Positions 9,954 through 20,600 of a stretch of DNA of 64,000 nt are shown one piece after another. The notes beneath the pieces are model-generated. The model was not told the origin of the DNA, did not search any database, and saw only the letters and a list, made by a program, of their open reading frames with translations. Origin of the DNA: a virus; the IMG/VR virus record IMGVR_UViG_3300043410_001789, positions 8,864 through 72,863 of that record; one strand, 5' to 3'. The stretch's first letter is position 1; each line of letters starts with the position of its first letter. The translations under genes were made by a program, and so were the position numbers.

Positions 9954-11729
9954 TTAGATTAGATCAAATCTAGCCAGGTATTCACGAACCTCTTTTGGCA
10001 TAGGCTTATATTCTATCACATTATCCCTGTCCTTGTCAACCTGTGATTTTGGCCTGTCCCTAAAAGTATGAACCTCTACCTCAAGGTTTTGATCTTTTGG
10101 TGTGTGTGCGATTGCACCGTAGATTGCACCACAGACAGCGTCTGCAAGGTCCTTAGAGGACTTTCTAGGGTGGTCTACACGGTTTTGTTTAACTATCTTA
10201 AGTTCTGTAAGCTCTTCAAACAAAAGGTCAATTGCTGGCATAACCAAGCGGTCTTCATATACCAGCATAGCCATGTCTTCATAGTGTTTCTTTGCAACAG
10301 ACACAGTTTCAGTTCTCATTCCGACTTGCTTTAACTCATTCTGAATATCGAATGATTGCCAGCGGTCAAATGATACCATGCCAATATTAAATCCTAGTCT
10401 ACGTAGATTTTGGATCCATTGCTTTACCTCGGAAAGATTGACAGGACCCTCTACCTTTGGTTCCCACCAAGCTACTGCATCAACTACAACAATTGGCATG
10501 ACCTGTTGATAATCTCTACCAATTTGAATATTTACCCATTTGTCTACGTGAGCAATTGCAACAGCACATTTGTCATGCTTCTGTGCAAGGTCAGCGTGAA
10601 CGTAATAAGTTTTTTCTGGGTCTGGTGTAAATGATGTATCAAACCTTCTGTGCTGATCCAGTGGATTACGGATGCTCATAGCACTACGAATCTTGTCTTC
10701 TTGTCTAAAGAATCTGTCAGAGGAGAATGTAGGAACACAGGCAAAGCGTTGCATCGCATCCCCCATATCAGTAAAGAATGCTAATTTAAAATCATCAATT
10801 TTTCTTGTAGGATTAACTACCCAGGTAGGACGCTTTAGTGCAAACATACCTGGATATTTATAAGAAACAATTGTGTCTTCATCCCACTCAATATCTAGAT
10901 AGTTACCTTCTTGATCTTCTGGAAGTTCTGGATTCATTATAAATCTGTGATGCTTTGTAACAACATCTTTCTCTGCAATTACCGTTTCATATCTAGACGA
11001 GATAAAGTCTCCTGGGTAACGAGGGAAGGAAAGAAGAGCAACTTTGCCCAAGTCTGGGAAACGTGAATCCACAGACGCACGGAATGCTTTGTAAATATTA
11101 TCCGCAGTTTTTCCCTGGTCATTGCCAGTTCCAATCTCAGTAGCAAATCCTGAGATTTCGTCCAATACAGCGAGTATAAGGTTGAGACCCTCGTGTGATT
11201 CACGTTCGGAGTGACCAGAATAAACTGTGATAGAGTGATCAAACTCAATGCTTTCTGCTTTAGCGTTAAATTTTCCAGCAAACCATGGAGACTTTTCGAT
11301 CTTAGTCTTAAAGCCTTTAAAGAAGACGTTCTTAGCCTGTTGTGCGTTAATCGCAACGTTGATAATATCGATAGCGTCACCTGAAGGTTTACCGAAATAA
11401 CGAGCAGGGTCCTTAAGACAAAGTAGTTTATATACGATATAGGAACAAGCAACAGTAGAAGTAAAGTCTTTACCAGACCCCTTGCCAAGTTGTAGAATGA
11501 CTTCATTCTTAGTGTATTTCTTGTAATAGCGTCTACCCTCTTCTTCGCCCATTAGATCGATAAGATCTTCTAGTTTATAAATTTGTGACATTGCTTCTAC
11601 GATGTCGTATTGAATTTGTGACAGTGGTGGTTGATTTAGATACGCTTCGCCCTCAACAAATGTCTTAGCATCTACAGGACGCTCTGCAAAATTGTCGGAC
11701 TTAAGTGCTTCTAAAAAATCATCAAACAT
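9954..11729 (-). CDS. terL: terminase large subunit
   Basis: Walker A LGKGSGKD, Walker B AVLDE, nuclease motifs HADLA and KDLADA. Confidence 0.9.
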   Translation of the reverse strand: MFDDFLEALKSDNFAERPVDAKTFVEGEAYLNQPPLSQIQYDIVEAMSQIYKLEDLIDLMGEEEGRRYYKKYTKNEVILQLGKGSGKDFTSTVACSYIVYKLLCLKDPARYFGKPSGDAIDIINVAINAQQAKNVFFKGFKTKIEKSPWFAGKFNAKAESIEFDHSITVYSGHSERESHEGLNLILAVLDEISGFATEIGTGNDQGKTADNIYKAFRASVDSRFPDLGKVALLSFPRYPGDFISSRYETVIAEKDVVTKHHRFIMNPELPEDQEGNYLDIEWDEDTIVSYKYPGMFALKRPTWVVNPTRKIDDFKLAFFTDMGDAMQRFACVPTFSSDRFFRQEDKIRSAMSIRNPLDQHRRFDTSFTPDPEKTYYVHADLAQKHDKCAVAIAHVDKWVNIQIGRDYQQVMPIVVVDAVAWWEPKVEGPVNLSEVKQWIQNLRRLGFNIGMVSFDRWQSFDIQNELKQVGMRTETVSVAKKHYEDMAMLVYEDRLVMPAIDLLFEELTELKIVKQNRVDHPRKSSKDLADAVCGAIYGAIAHTPKDQNLEVEVHTFRDRPKSQVDKDRDNVIEYKPMPKEVREYLARFDLI

Positions 11730-12261
11730 CGTTGTTTACCACCACGGTAATCACTTCTTTATCCTTAGAGACCTCTGATAACCTACGCATAATCTTATCT
11801 CTTACCTCTGGATGTTCTGCAGCGATATCCTTTAAGATACCCACCAAAATCTCCTGACGGTTTTCAATAGCAATCATTTCTTCAGCAAGTTCTTTATTCT
11901 CAAGAAGTCCTGCTTTCTGAAGCATATCAATACGCTTAGACTCAAGATCCATAACCAGCTTAATACCAGCAGTCTTTGCACCCAAGTTGGCAGTAGTTGT
12001 AGCATCGTCAATCACCTCATATGCTTTGCTAATTAGTTTTGTGTAGTGTGTATCTGCACCAACCAAGGCTTCTTTGGCACGAGCACGAATAGCAGCATTA
12101 TCTGCAGCCATGGCTCTCCACTCATTAATATATGCAACAACCTTTTGTCGTGGCATGGCAAGCTCTTTAGAAATCTGAGTAGGCTCATTTCCTGCCAGAT
12201 ACTTTTCTACGACCTTGTTTACTTCATCAAGGTGTTCTACTGTTAATTCTTCAAATGACAC
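11722..12261 (-). CDS. putative terminase small subunit
   Basis: N-terminal HTH and helical body; overlaps the terL start. Confidence 0.55.
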   Translation of the reverse strand: MSFEELTVEHLDEVNKVVEKYLAGNEPTQISKELAMPRQKVVAYINEWRAMAADNAAIRARAKEALVGADTHYTKLISKAYEVIDDATTTANLGAKTAGIKLVMDLESKRIDMLQKAGLLENKELAEEMIAIENRQEILVGILKDIAAEHPEVRDKIMRRLSEVSKDKEVITVVVNNDV

Positions 12262-12541
12262 GTTTGGCCCTCTTTCCTCGTTGTGGAATACGCTTTACAT
12301 CCTCAACCCGAAACGATCTAAATTGTGATGCTGTTGCTCTAAAAACTTCAAAGCAGTCTACCCAGGTTGCCCCAGTTTCAGTATTTGTTACAAAACTATC
12401 GAACTTAAACTTTAGTCCATATTGTCCACTAATCTTGATTAGGTCACCCTTTATGATTTCAAATCCATCGATGATTAGTCTATCTTCTCTTACAAACTTT
12501 TTGGCAATCTCTGGGACTGCATACTTCTTGGTTCTAGCCAT
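12251..12541 (-). CDS. hypothetical protein (SH3-like beta fold possible)
   Basis: Translationally coupled ORF. Confidence 0.7.
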   Translation of the reverse strand: MARTKKYAVPEIAKKFVREDRLIIDGFEIIKGDLIKISGQYGLKFKFDSFVTNTETGATWVDCFEVFRATASQFRSFRVEDVKRIPQRGKRAKRVI

Positions 12542-12693
12542 TATCTTTTAGACTTCCTTAATCCAAATTTAGCAAGGTAAACGTATACTGTCTCTACGCT
12601 GACACCACACTCTTTGGCAATGTCCTCTGGAGACTTTTTATCTATGTGGAATCTTTTCTTAAGCCACAATTCATTTGTATATAATTTTGCCAT
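12541..12693 (-). CDS. small HTH DNA-binding protein (50 aa, not in the ORF track)
   Basis: MAKLYTNELWLKKRFHIDKKSPEDIAKECGVSVETVYVYLAKFGLRKSKR; AGGAG SD. Confidence 0.75.
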   Translation of the reverse strand: MAKLYTNELWLKKRFHIDKKSPEDIAKECGVSVETVYVYLAKFGLRKSKR

Positions 12694-12701
12694 AATAACT
12701 C

Positions 12702-13286
12702 CTATTTGTCAATCTTTTCCCAGTTATTTATAACATAGTGTCCAATACCAACAGCATCTGCAACATCATCATCTGTTAGATTTTTGCTATAGTTTATGTT
12801 AACAAAATTAATAGTTCTTTGTTTGCGTATTTCTCTAGACTTATTCTGATACCAATTCTTTGTTTTTCCTGGAAACTGATCCATTATTGCAAGCTTTTCT
12901 TCATTAGTTAATTTGCCATTGCCAATATAAGTTTGCCAGGTAATTGGATTGATTGAGCCTGCTGTTCTAATGCCTGCAATTTTTGCAGCTCCTAGCAGTG
13001 CCCCCTGGATCAGGGCAAGGTCTGATGCTGTCTTTGGACTATTAATAAATATTGTATGTTCGATAACAATTGCATCTACCTCAAGCTGTTTAAAGAACGG
13101 TAAACTTTTAATAGCTGCATCGCCAAGTTTTTGATATGCATTATTACCAATAAATTTAATTTTTCCACATTTTACTAAATCATTATTTGAAAAAATAGCA
13201 AAGGCAAGACTATTTGTACTTGCATCAATCGCCATTATGTTTTTGGGTTTGGGGGAACTAATCTTGCCAATCTTTGCCATCTGCAA
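12702..13286 (-). CDS. RuvC-like Holliday junction resolvase
   Basis: IMAIDAST, IVIEH and DDVADAVGI. Confidence 0.8.
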   Translation of the reverse strand: MQMAKIGKISSPKPKNIMAIDASTNSLAFAIFSNNDLVKCGKIKFIGNNAYQKLGDAAIKSLPFFKQLEVDAIVIEHTIFINSPKTASDLALIQGALLGAAKIAGIRTAGSINPITWQTYIGNGKLTNEEKLAIMDQFPGKTKNWYQNKSREIRKQRTINFVNINYSKNLTDDDVADAVGIGHYVINNWEKIDK

Positions 13287-13557
13287 TTCCTTTTATTTGT
13301 TTTAAAATTTTAGCAACGTCTTTTGGATTCACATCACAATTGTTGCATAATGGAGCATCGTTATAAACAGAAAGGTTAGAGCCACAAGACTTACAGACTC
13401 TAACCTTATCTTTTAATTTTTTTCTTCTGTTTATTTGATACCTAACAGCAATCTTTTCTCTCGTTGCAGCATCTCTGCATTCGGGAGAGCAGTATATTTG
13501 ATATGCTATGTTGGTCTTGAAAGTGGCATCACACCATTCACATGGTTTTATTTTCAT
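13258..13557 (-). CDS. Cys-rich zinc-finger protein
   Basis: CEWC...YCSPEC...CKSC...CNNC. Confidence 0.7.
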   Translation of the reverse strand: MKIKPCEWCDATFKTNIAYQIYCSPECRDAATREKIAVRYQINRRKKLKDKVRVCKSCGSNLSVYNDAPLCNNCDVNPKDVAKILKQIKGIADGKDWQD

Positions 13558-14341
13558 CTAATGGCTCCAGAGATTTGAGTTTGATCTCTCCAGAACCTGC
13601 ATTGTCACAGACCTGGCGGACTGGACATGTCTTGCATATCTTAGAATTACTACGATAGTTTTTGGTAGGAAGAGTTTTCTTCTCCCATGCCCCACGAACT
13701 TGTCGCATCCATTCAAATGTGTTCTCTACCCACTCATACATGTATGAATTCAACTCAACAGGGAATATTAGCAACTCGTGATTATTTTTGTTTTCATAAA
13801 TAAGCACTGCCTTATTCTTATTGAGAATCTTCATGTAGATAAGCAACTGGACAAGGTGACCTGTCTTTGGCTTACCTGCTACCTTGCGATACTCAAAAGC
13901 ATCGTTAGGCATAGTCTTGATTTCACCAAGAAGCTCTTTGTCTTCCCAGTTAAGCATAACGTCACCAAATCCAAAAATTGGTGGATCGTTATATGTTACC
14001 TTAAATTCAGAATCTGCTAGAAGTCCAGGAACATTGCCCATGGCCTCCTGAATGCGTTCGTGAGACTTTGTTCCAGCTGTCATATTAGCAGCACCATAGG
14101 CATCTGCATTGTCTGTAAAGTCTGCACCCTCAAAGGCTAGGTACCAGTAGCGAGGGCACTCTCCGTGGGAGAATGCAATTGTACTGGGTGCAAATGAGTT
14201 TTTCTTGGTAAATTTTGTAACACGATTAATAGTATAACCAGAGTTAATCTTATCGATAAGTTCTTGCTTATTGATAAATGATGGTTTTGCCACGGTCTCC
14301 TCAACCTTTAGCATAACCTGCTGTAGTAAATTTTTTGCCAT
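13538..14341 (-). CDS. Cas4-like PD-(D/E)XK exonuclease
   Basis: N-terminal CPR, GTKSH, GDVML...GEIKT, QLLIY and C-terminal CKTCPVRQVC; likely start MAKNLL. Confidence 0.8.
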   Translation of the reverse strand: MAKNLLQQVMLKVEETVAKPSFINKQELIDKINSGYTINRVTKFTKKNSFAPSTIAFSHGECPRYWYLAFEGADFTDNADAYGAANMTAGTKSHERIQEAMGNVPGLLADSEFKVTYNDPPIFGFGDVMLNWEDKELLGEIKTMPNDAFEYRKVAGKPKTGHLVQLLIYMKILNKNKAVLIYENKNNHELLIFPVELNSYMYEWVENTFEWMRQVRGAWEKKTLPTKNYRSNSKICKTCPVRQVCDNAGSGEIKLKSLEPLDENKTM

Positions 14342-14376
14342 TTTTAAAATCTTTTCTGTCTTTTTTCCATTATACA

Positions 14377-14682
14377 CTATCTCGTAATGTATTTCAAGGC
14401 AGATACTAGATTATTAATAGATTCTGCAGCAGTATAATAAATATTCTTCTTAGCCCTATCTGACTTATCTACATTGGTTAGCCATGTAGCCTTGAATGCC
14501 ATCTTAGTTGCAATAGCTTGAAGTCTAACTATTTCAATTGTTGCTACCTGAATAGGAATATCTGGTTTAAGAATTAGCTTTGCGACAAAAGTTAGAGCTT
14601 CTGTAAGCTCCTTATCATCCATATAATCGGCTATTTCTGCAAGGCCATTGACCATTTGTAGGGTGGTCTGTGATTGCTCCAT
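14377..14682 (-). CDS. hypothetical helical protein
   Basis: 101-aa coupled ORF. Confidence 0.7.
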   Translation of the reverse strand: MEQSQTTLQMVNGLAEIADYMDDKELTEALTFVAKLILKPDIPIQVATIEIVRLQAIATKMAFKATWLTNVDKSDRAKKNIYYTAAESINNLVSALKYITR

Positions 14683-15624
14683 TAGTTTTTCTTTCTATTC
14701 TTTGGATTTTCTTCTGATCTGGCTCTTTCGTATAGGAAGTCAATTGGTGGAACACCATGCTCTTTTGTATTAGATGGAGCATCTGTCTTATTTCCATCTT
14801 CATCTAAAATAAATCCCCATTGACCCAATGGAATACCATCCCTGAGTCCATCAAGTTGATATTTTTCAAATGCTATAGCATATTCCATTGTTGACTGAAA
14901 TTCTGTTCCGTGCTGGCGACGTTCCATTACTCTAGTAAATGGATCAATTGGGTCTTTCTTTCCAGTAAATACCCAGTCGTCAAGTGGCGAATAGTTTAGT
15001 GTAATGATTTCAACATACTCTCCTGGCTTCCAGTTTCTCTTTGGTCTCCAGTGAACCTGATTAACTGCACTAAAAACAATTGCATCTCCAGGCTTAAGCT
15101 TGTAGCAGGTGTCTGTAACACAAACCTCCCAGTCAATGTTTCCACCAATCATATAATTAAATGTTATCAGTGCATTACTAGCATCGATGTGTGGCTGTAA
15201 TGATGGAACATAATTGTCATCTCCATAGACTAGGTTATAGTCTAGATAGTTATAGTGAGATAATGCAATCTCACCCTTATACATTGGTTTAACAATATTA
15301 TCAATGGTCTGCTCTATGTGTTTTGGCATAATAAAGTCAATTACTTGACGAGACAATTCCGTCATTTTTCTAGGTACTCTTACGTCTGCATCAATTATTT
15401 CTTCATGGCCTGGTACCCTGCGAGTATTGGTTGGTCTTAGGCTTTTGTGCCAACTAAGAATATTTCTTAGTTCAGTAACTTGAGCATCAGATAGTGGTTT
15501 TTCTAGATATACTGGTGGAACAGTATTATAGTTATCAAAGCCTGTGAGCCATTCGTGCATTGGTGCATAGGCTTCTGGTGGAAATGCTGGATCTTGGTCT
15601 AAGTATTCTTCGTTATTGTTCATA
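14682..15624 (-). CDS. 2OG-Fe(II) oxygenase-like protein
   Basis: LQPHID (HxD), DAIVFSAVNQVHWRP; probable leaderless start MNNNEE after TATAAT. Confidence 0.7.
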
Positions 15625-15630
15625 ATAATA

Positions 15631-15918
15631 TTATACACCTTCCTGCAAAATTTGTTCTAGCAAAGATAACTCAATAACTGCTAACCTTGTTTTGATACCA
15701 CTATCGCCAATAACCACAACGATAGCAGGATCATTACCATTTCTGATAGCATCTGTAGTAGCTTTGGCCCATACATCTTTGTTAAGAGTAAAGCTTTTGC
15801 CAACCTCTTTGAAGTCAACGGTAAAGTTTTCCCAAGTAGCGTCACCTTTATGGGTACCTCTTCCTGAGTTCTTATGTTGCTTTGCTCCAATTCTTTTACT
15901 CTCGGTTCTCTCGCTCAT
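15631..15918 (-). CDS. small PD-(D/E)XK nuclease / Holliday junction resolvase-like protein
   Basis: SGRG..KGD...VDFKE motif. Confidence 0.6.
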   Translation of the reverse strand: MSERTESKRIGAKQHKNSGRGTHKGDATWENFTVDFKEVGKSFTLNKDVWAKATTDAIRNGNDPAIVVVIGDSGIKTRLAVIELSLLEQILQEGV

Positions 15919-16087
15919 AATCTTTCTTTGTCTTTTTAGTATTTAAATTAACAGTACTAAGGTGCTTATCTGGACACATCCAGGTTAACTCTTTTGTCTC
16001 TGGATAGCATCTAAGTGTTTTTACAATTACCTTACATGTGTGACATGGAAATTCACCTTGATAGAGGTTATATTTGGCCATTACCAT
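15896..16087 (-). CDS. small zinc-binding hypothetical protein
   Basis: CHTC...WMCPDKH. Confidence 0.65.
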   Translation of the reverse strand: MVMAKYNLYQGEFPCHTCKVIVKTLRCYPETKELTWMCPDKHLSTVNLNTKKTKKDYERENRE

Positions 16088-17087
16088 TTACCTTAGCTTT
16101 TATTAAATCTTGAAGATCTAGGTCTTCTCGTACTCTTGCTATAAACTTATCTCTACCCTGCAACTTATCCTCAGTTCCTGGAATAATATACCAGGCACCT
16201 GTTCGCTCCACAATACCCATCATCTCAGCGGTATCTACGAGATCACCTACACTATCAATGCCTACGTCACCTCGGAAATAAAAGTCGTATTCTCCAGACT
16301 GAAATGCAGGTGAAGTCTTTGAGAATTGAACTTCCCATCGAACCTTACGACCAATTTTTTCTTCGATAAGTTTATCTCCAACCGCAATCTTGCCCTTAAT
16401 AGCTTGATTATCTGATTCGGAGCTAAACAACTTAAGTACTGTTGACGAATAGAACTTAATTGACTGTCCACCTGTTGGCTGTTGTGAAGTATACATGGCA
16501 GAAATATTATTGCGAGATTGACTAATTAGAACCAATAACGTTGGCTTAACTTTGTTATTCGCATAGTTAAGCATCTTGACAGCGTTGCTAAAGTCTCTTG
16601 CTTCTGCACCAATCTGCTTAGTGTTTTCTAGCTGCTTAAGTTCATCAGAATCTTTCTCAAAATAAATAGCAGGCAACAGCGATGTAATTGAGTCAACAAC
16701 AATCAGATCAACTCCAGCATTCATTAGTGCAACACCTACGTCTACCATTTCATTGATTGTTCTTGCCTGTGATACGATTAGCTTACTTGTGTCTACCCCA
16801 AGCTTTTCTGCCCACTCTTCAGAATATGACATCTCGGCATCAATCCATGCACAAAGTTTGCCCTCTTCCTGAGCTAGGGCAATCATCTGCAAGCACATTG
16901 AGGACTTTGCTGATGACTTGGAACCCCAGATAAGAACCTGGCGACCATATGGCAATCCACCATTTAGTGCACGATTAAGGCCAAAGCTTGGTGTTGGCTG
17001 AAATTCAGTTTTAAATCCAACACCAGTAGTTAGTCGCTTTCTAATTTTTGGATCTAATGCTGCTAAGGCTTCTTCTACAGTTGTCAT
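16068..17087 (-). CDS. recA: RecA-like recombinase
   Basis: GGLPYGR, WIDAE, LIVVDS, TGGQSIKFYSS and GAWY. Confidence 0.9.
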   Translation of the reverse strand: MTTVEEALAALDPKIRKRLTTGVGFKTEFQPTPSFGLNRALNGGLPYGRQVLIWGSKSSAKSSMCLQMIALAQEEGKLCAWIDAEMSYSEEWAEKLGVDTSKLIVSQARTINEMVDVGVALMNAGVDLIVVDSITSLLPAIYFEKDSDELKQLENTKQIGAEARDFSNAVKMLNYANNKVKPTLLVLISQSRNNISAMYTSQQPTGGQSIKFYSSTVLKLFSSESDNQAIKGKIAVGDKLIEEKIGRKVRWEVQFSKTSPAFQSGEYDFYFRGDVGIDSVGDLVDTAEMMGIVERTGAWYIIPGTEDKLQGRDKFIARVREDLDLQDLIKAKVNGNGQI

Positions 17088-17311
17088 TAAATATCTGCCA
17101 ATCCATTAATTTTTTCTGGCTGATATCCTGCCCATGAACCTGAGTCAGTAATTACTACTGGTGCTGCCTGAAAGCCCATAGCGAGAATCTTGTCTAGAGC
17201 ATCTTGGTCCTGAGTAATATCAATGGTGTCAAACTCAAGCCCTAGCTTGGTGAGGTGTCTCTTGGTTGCATCACACTGTACGCAGGATGGCTTTGTATAT
17301 ACTGTAATCAT
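17087..17311 (-). CDS. nrdH: glutaredoxin-like NrdH
   Basis: VYTKPSCVQC...APVV...WAGYQP. Confidence 0.93.
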   Translation of the reverse strand: MITVYTKPSCVQCDATKRHLTKLGLEFDTIDITQDQDALDKILAMGFQAAPVVITDSGSWAGYQPEKINGLADI

Positions 17312-17655
17312 TAGAATCTTACTCCGTGCTTCTCAGGACGTGCCTGGTTAATGTTTGTTTTCTTTTCAAATGCGTAGTCTAGGGATACCTTGGTGTATCC
17401 ATGTTCCACTAGACCTGCATATAGGTCAAATGTGCGGATTAGAATATCTGCCATTTCATCTGCAATCTCTTCTTCGCCCTTATCTTTGCGGATAGCCTCC
17501 ATTACCTCCACAGCCTCTGATACGATCATCATTAGCTGCTTGGTTACAAAGATATCGGTCTGTTCCTGTGTAGCGTCTTCTACAACACTCCAGAAACCCT
17601 TTTCTACTGCAGTATTATGCAACTGCATTGCAATATCATCAAACGAATTAGACAT
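17311..17655 (-). CDS. MazG-like NTP pyrophosphohydrolase
   Basis: SEAVEVMEAIRK...EMADILIR. Confidence 0.8.
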   Translation of the reverse strand: MSNSFDDIAMQLHNTAVEKGFWSVVEDATQEQTDIFVTKQLMMIVSEAVEVMEAIRKDKGEEEIADEMADILIRTFDLYAGLVEHGYTKVSLDYAFEKKTNINQARPEKHGVRF

Positions 17656-20600
17656 TTTCTACATCCTCCATAATTGTCGTTCCATCTTTTGTTTTTCCAA
17701 GAGTAAACTTATATGGCTTACCCTCGTCAATCTTCATATATGCCTTAGAGAAGTTGGTTGGAAATACGGTAACGCTGTGCAAGTCACGACTTGTGTCTGC
17801 CAAAACCAGCGAAGCCATTTTCTTTCCTGCCTTAGTAACTCTAGGCTTAAATGATACCACAAACATTTCTTCATCCTTGTATGGCAATTGTTTGTAGCTA
17901 AGCATCTTGATTAGTCCACTGTCATTATTCTTTATGTCTTCTACTGGAATAGCACTGACAATTCTATTATCACTAGCAAGAATAATATAAGTCTTGCCAG
18001 ACTCAATAGTAGTCTGTTCTTCATCAAAGATACCGACACTTCCAGTCTTATCAAGGATTTCTACACGTGACCATCCTGATCCACGCTTGATACCCTTGAC
18101 CATTCCCATCAGTACGAATGCACCCTTTTCCTCAAATTCATCAATCTCATTAATAAAGGCGTGATAGTGTTGTGGAATAGATACATTGAATTCTGGTAAG
18201 TTTAGATATTCATAAAGATTCTCACGTACCTCTTCATCATTGCGTGGATTATCTTCAAAAGTTGCAGCACCTACAAGACGTAAAGCTTGCAAAGCACGGC
18301 TATTAACACCATTACCTTTACCAAAGGTGAACTCCTCAAGCTCCTTATAACTGCTAAAAGGACGAGCAGCCATATACTTGCTTGCAATATTATCGGATAT
18401 GAATTTAATTGCTGATAGTCCAAAACGAATACCCTTGCCCTCAATCTTAAAATCAATGTCTGAATCATTAATGTGTGGCAAACGAATAGGAATTCCCATA
18501 CGCTTTGCCTCAATTAGATATTCTGTACGTGCATCCTTATCGCCCTCATTCTTGAGTAGCGAATACATAAATTCAATTGGATAGTAATACTTCAACCAGG
18601 CTGTCCAGTATGAAAGCGTTGAGTAAGCCACAGCGTGTGACTTGTTAAACGAATATCCTGCGTGAGCCTCAAAGTCGTGCCACAGCTCTTCTGCGACCTC
18701 TGGGCGTAGGAATTGAGATGCTCCCTTAACGAACTGGTCCTTAAACTGATCAAATTCCTTAGCATCTTTCTTCTTACCAATAATCTTACGAACCTTATCA
18801 GCCTCAGCCATTGTCATACCGCCAAGTTCTGTACAGGCAAGCATAACCTGTTCCTGATACAGAATGCAGCCATAGGTCTCAGAGGTAAATGACTTCATTA
18901 CTTGGTGGTGATAAGAGATGTTCTGCTTACCATGCTTACGAGCAATATAGTCTTTACCAATGGTGTTCATGGCACCTGGTCGCACTAGAGCATTAGATGC
19001 TGCAAGTTCTGCAAAGTTCTTGACACCCATCTTAACCAATAGGTTTGTATAAGGCGTAGCTTCACACTGGAAAACACCCTTAGTGTACCCATCAGAAAGC
19101 ATCTGGTAAATATTTTTATCTTCCATATTAATCTTATGTAGATTGATACTTTCGGCAGTACGTTCCTTAATAATCTTTAGAGTATCCTGAATAACGGATA
19201 GAGTCTTTAGACCAAGTGCGTCAATCTTAATAAGACCGATACGCTCTGCCTCTTCCATGTCTACTGCTACAACAGGAATACGTTCCTTGTTACCTGGAGA
19301 TGTGCGTGTCTCTAGTGGTGCATACTTAAATATGGGTTGCTTAGAAGTAACAACACCTGCAGCGTGAATACCAGTGCCACGGATACGACCACGCAGTAGC
19401 TCTCCATATTGCTCAATCTCAGGATACTTCTCACGGAACCATGCAGCCTGCTTTGAGGTGCAGTAGTCATCCCAGTCATCAATAGTCTTTAGAACCTTGT
19501 TAACATCTGTTAGTGGAATCATCAAGGTACGAGCAATGTCACGAACAATGCCCTTGCCCTTAAACTCAAGGAATGTGGCAATAGATGCAACGTGCTTGTA
19601 CTGGCGGACTAGATAGTCCTTAACCTCTTCACGGCGTGAGTCTTGGATATCGGTATCAATATCTGGAAAGTCATTACGCTCTGGATTAATGAAACGGAAG
19701 AATAGAAGTCCATGCTCAATTGGATCAATATCTGTAATACCTAGGGCATAGCAGAGTAGTGAACCAGCAGCGGAACCACGGCCTGGACCTACCATGATAT
19801 CTTCTTTCTTAGCCCAGGCAATCATGGAGCGTACAACTAGGAAGTATGGACCAAAGTTCTTGTCCTTAATTACTTCCATTTCTTCATCAAGACGCTTTAG
19901 GTATTCCTCGTTTGTGTCAAGTCCCTTTTCCTTGAGTCCATCAAGTGCTAGGGCCATTAGCTCTTCATTTGGATTCTGATACTGTACTGGAAGAAGATCT
20001 AGGTGGTCTTTAATCTTGTAATCTTCAATCTTATCTACAATTTCAATAGTATTGTCGTACATATCCTGACGATCAATACCCTGGGCTTCCATAGCCTTGT
20101 GCATTTCTTCATCGGAAAGTAGGTGAATCTCAAAGTCACGGAAAGTCATTTGACGGTCTGCACCATAAAGGTAGTCTAGACGGTCCATGAGATTCTCCAT
20201 CTTGGCTGACTTCTCGTATGACACATCCTTAACAGTTTTATTAGAATAAGAGTTAAGGATAAGCTTTAGTTCTTGGATTTCACGCTGTGAGGTATCTGCA
20301 TGGTGGCAGTCTGGAGTAACAATAGGCTTTAGTCCAAACTCGTCTGCAAGGGCCAGAATAGTCTTATTAACTTCTGGTGGGTTATGTGGCATCACCTCAA
20401 TGTAATAATCGTCTCCAAACGTCTCCTGTGCCCATTTAAGGTGCATTTTAGCAGCAGCCAGGTTGTCTGCCTCAATAGCCTTGGCAAGATATCCAGATAG
20501 ACATCCAGAGGTAATAATTAGGCCTTCTTTATATTTGGCAAGAATCTCCCAGTCCATGCGTGGCTTCTTAAAGAATCCCTCAGTCCAGGCAAGTTCATTA

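Noticed and set aside
13538-14377. CRISPR-Cas system suggested by the Cas4-like gene
   Set aside because: No repeat-spacer array or other cas genes; solo Cas4-like nucleases are common in phage recombination blocks
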